A program made the translations under genes and the position numbers. Below the pieces are notes generated by a model that was not told where the DNA came from, ran no database searches, and worked only from the letters and a program-made list of their open reading frames with translations. A DNA stretch of 10,170 nt from Azolla caroliniana (lineage: Eukaryota; Plantae; Polypodiophyta): assembly GCA_043228905.1 (NCBI GenBank), contig JBHGNT010001295.1, positions 1 to 10,170 of the forward strand. Direction: 5' to 3'. How positions within the stretch are numbered: position 1 is the first letter of the stretch; every line of letters begins with the position of its first letter. Positions 8,314 to 10,170 of this stretch are shown one piece after another.

Positions 8314-10170
8314 GAGATAACTAAATCATTGGCTTAAGCTTAACTTTTTTCTGTCTACAAGGAGTTTGATTGGATGTGTTCCACCTCTTACTTAATCAGA
8401 AGCATTTGGAATGTCTGTAATTTGTTTCTCATGTTAGGAGTGGTGAGCCACGTTTTTGCTGCCCAGGTACCCAGTTTCAAATTTCACTATTTGCGTTTTC
8501 TATGCTAATATTTCAGTTTGACACATAGTAGTGTCAATTCTACTCTAAGAAGGTCAATGCAAATTAGTATCTTCTCATGCTAATGCCAATGTTCCATTTA
8601 AAGGAATTTGATGTATTATGGCACAAGTTATTATCATTGTTCTTTGTAATGAACTTGGTTATGGAAGTAGAGGTTGAGAAATGAAAACAAACCACAATCT
8701 GTAAACAATAACACAATAGTGGTTTCAGGTTTGGTTAAAAGAGGAAGTGGCCTCAGTTTCAATGAATAAAGGAATGCCTATATAGGTGAGAATTGTATGA
8801 ATTAAATATGAACATGCTTGGCTAACATTGTATTTGGATTTTCTTGTGTAGCAAGCTTAGCTGCACTCTAAGAGGGACGTTGGACTTAGTGATTTTATGG
8901 AGATAGTAAAAATGCATTCTAGGACAGCCTGACTGAGATTCATTGAACATAATGAAGAATTCAATAACAGGCTTCAAACTACCCACAGCCAAAAGGGTGT
9001 TATGTTCCACAATGAATGACTTATGGAGTTTAAAGTATTCAGGTCTCTGAAGCTTCTTTAATAATCAACCTAACCTCGTCATGAAGAGACTTAACATACC
9101 TACGCTTCCAATGCTACTGTTTTGCTAGAGTTGCAGTCTTCAACAACGGACGAATGCTACTCAACCAAGGCTTAGGTGTTAAGAATATAGCTATCATTAT
9201 TGGTGCAATTGCTAGTGGGCAATCCTGAGCACTGCATAATCTCACGGTGTTTATTTGTGCCTAACATAATGTCTTTTGTATATGAAAAAAACTGACTGAG
9301 CCAAACTGGGTACAAACATGGGGGTAGTCTTTCAACTGTACATTCTTGGATATTGATTAACCCAGCTTTTCTGAAGGTAAGGAAAAATTTCCATGAATCA
9401 AAGTTTGAGAACTATTGAATGCATTTATAGTAACACGTTTCTAGCTAAGTCAATTTAGCTGGATCTGAATTGTAATACCATAGATGAAACCTGTTGGGCA
9501 CTTTGCAAAGGCATGAATCTCTATTATTTGCAATCGTTAATGGTATCTTTAGCCTGAGAAGTACAGTTGCAGTCAAGATTGTACTGTTGTCTCTTTCTAG
9601 AATGCACTCTTGTTAAACTGCTAATATGCACTAGTCCTTTCCAAGACCTGAATTTTGTTCTACGTTTCCTTCAATGGCCTTTCCAGAGGTAGAAAGGATA
9701 AAAAATGCCACACAAGACGTCATAAGGAAATAATGTTCACACTTCCTGTAATTACAATATTCACATTGACCTGATTTCTAAGCAATTTTTTATTTGTTTT
9801 TTTATGAACTTTCAAGAACAATTGTTGCATGCACAGCATGTTATTAATGTTATCTATGTGACTGTAATATATATTGTTGACAATGCAATGGCTATTTATG
9901 ATTATTCTTGCATTGTTAGTGCCCTTCCATATCTTCCACATTTCTTAACATCTATTTCATTCATGCAATACAAGAGATATACCTTTTGCAAATAATAAGA
10001 ATGTCATCCATATGCCCTCCATGATTCTGTCACACCTACCAACTATCATTCACTCTAAAATATTGGTTTTGCATTTATAGTGTGCTAGAAGGCCTTGTTT
10101 CTTTGATTCCTCCATAATTAGTATGCAACTACAATGTCTTTACAAGTCTAGAAAGCATTAGGTATGGGTT

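Noticed and set aside
9100-9231. Minus-strand 132-nt exon-like segment (tgcag| ... TAG|gtatgt)
   Set aside because: It has stops in all three frames and a poor pyrimidine tract. A non-coding exon cannot be excluded but is unsupported.
4733-9995. Short downstream ORFs (4733, 5293, 5615, 5887, 8822, 9720, 9804)
   Set aside because: All are 62-77 aa, some with non-ATG starts. None shows a recognisable domain or a TE gag/pol/transposase motif, and they do not form a consistent exon chain.

Overview
AT-rich, CpG-poor eukaryotic DNA, most likely from a land plant. Positions 171-4288 (+) hold the 3' part of a spliceosomal PRP40 gene (U1 snRNP-associated pre-mRNA-processing protein 40, PRP40A/B type). 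Eleven coding exons separated by ten GT-AG introns splice into one uninterrupted 403-aa frame: FF domains, a K/E/R-rich charged tail and a C-terminal LEDGEL motif, ending at TAG 4286-4288. The 5' exons (WW domains, first FF domains) lie upstream of the window. In ~4290-10170 I recognise no protein-coding gene. That stretch holds the 3' UTR, several orphan exon-like splice-signal pairs on the + strand, and a cluster of local tandem duplications of different ages at ~6820-8310, including a near-perfect 160-bp duplication bounded by TACC microhomology. I see no clear evidence of a novel system. The best leads are a putative ARS2/SERRATE-binding motif that alternative splicing could remove, 3n introns with unusual stop-codon placement, and the duplication cluster.
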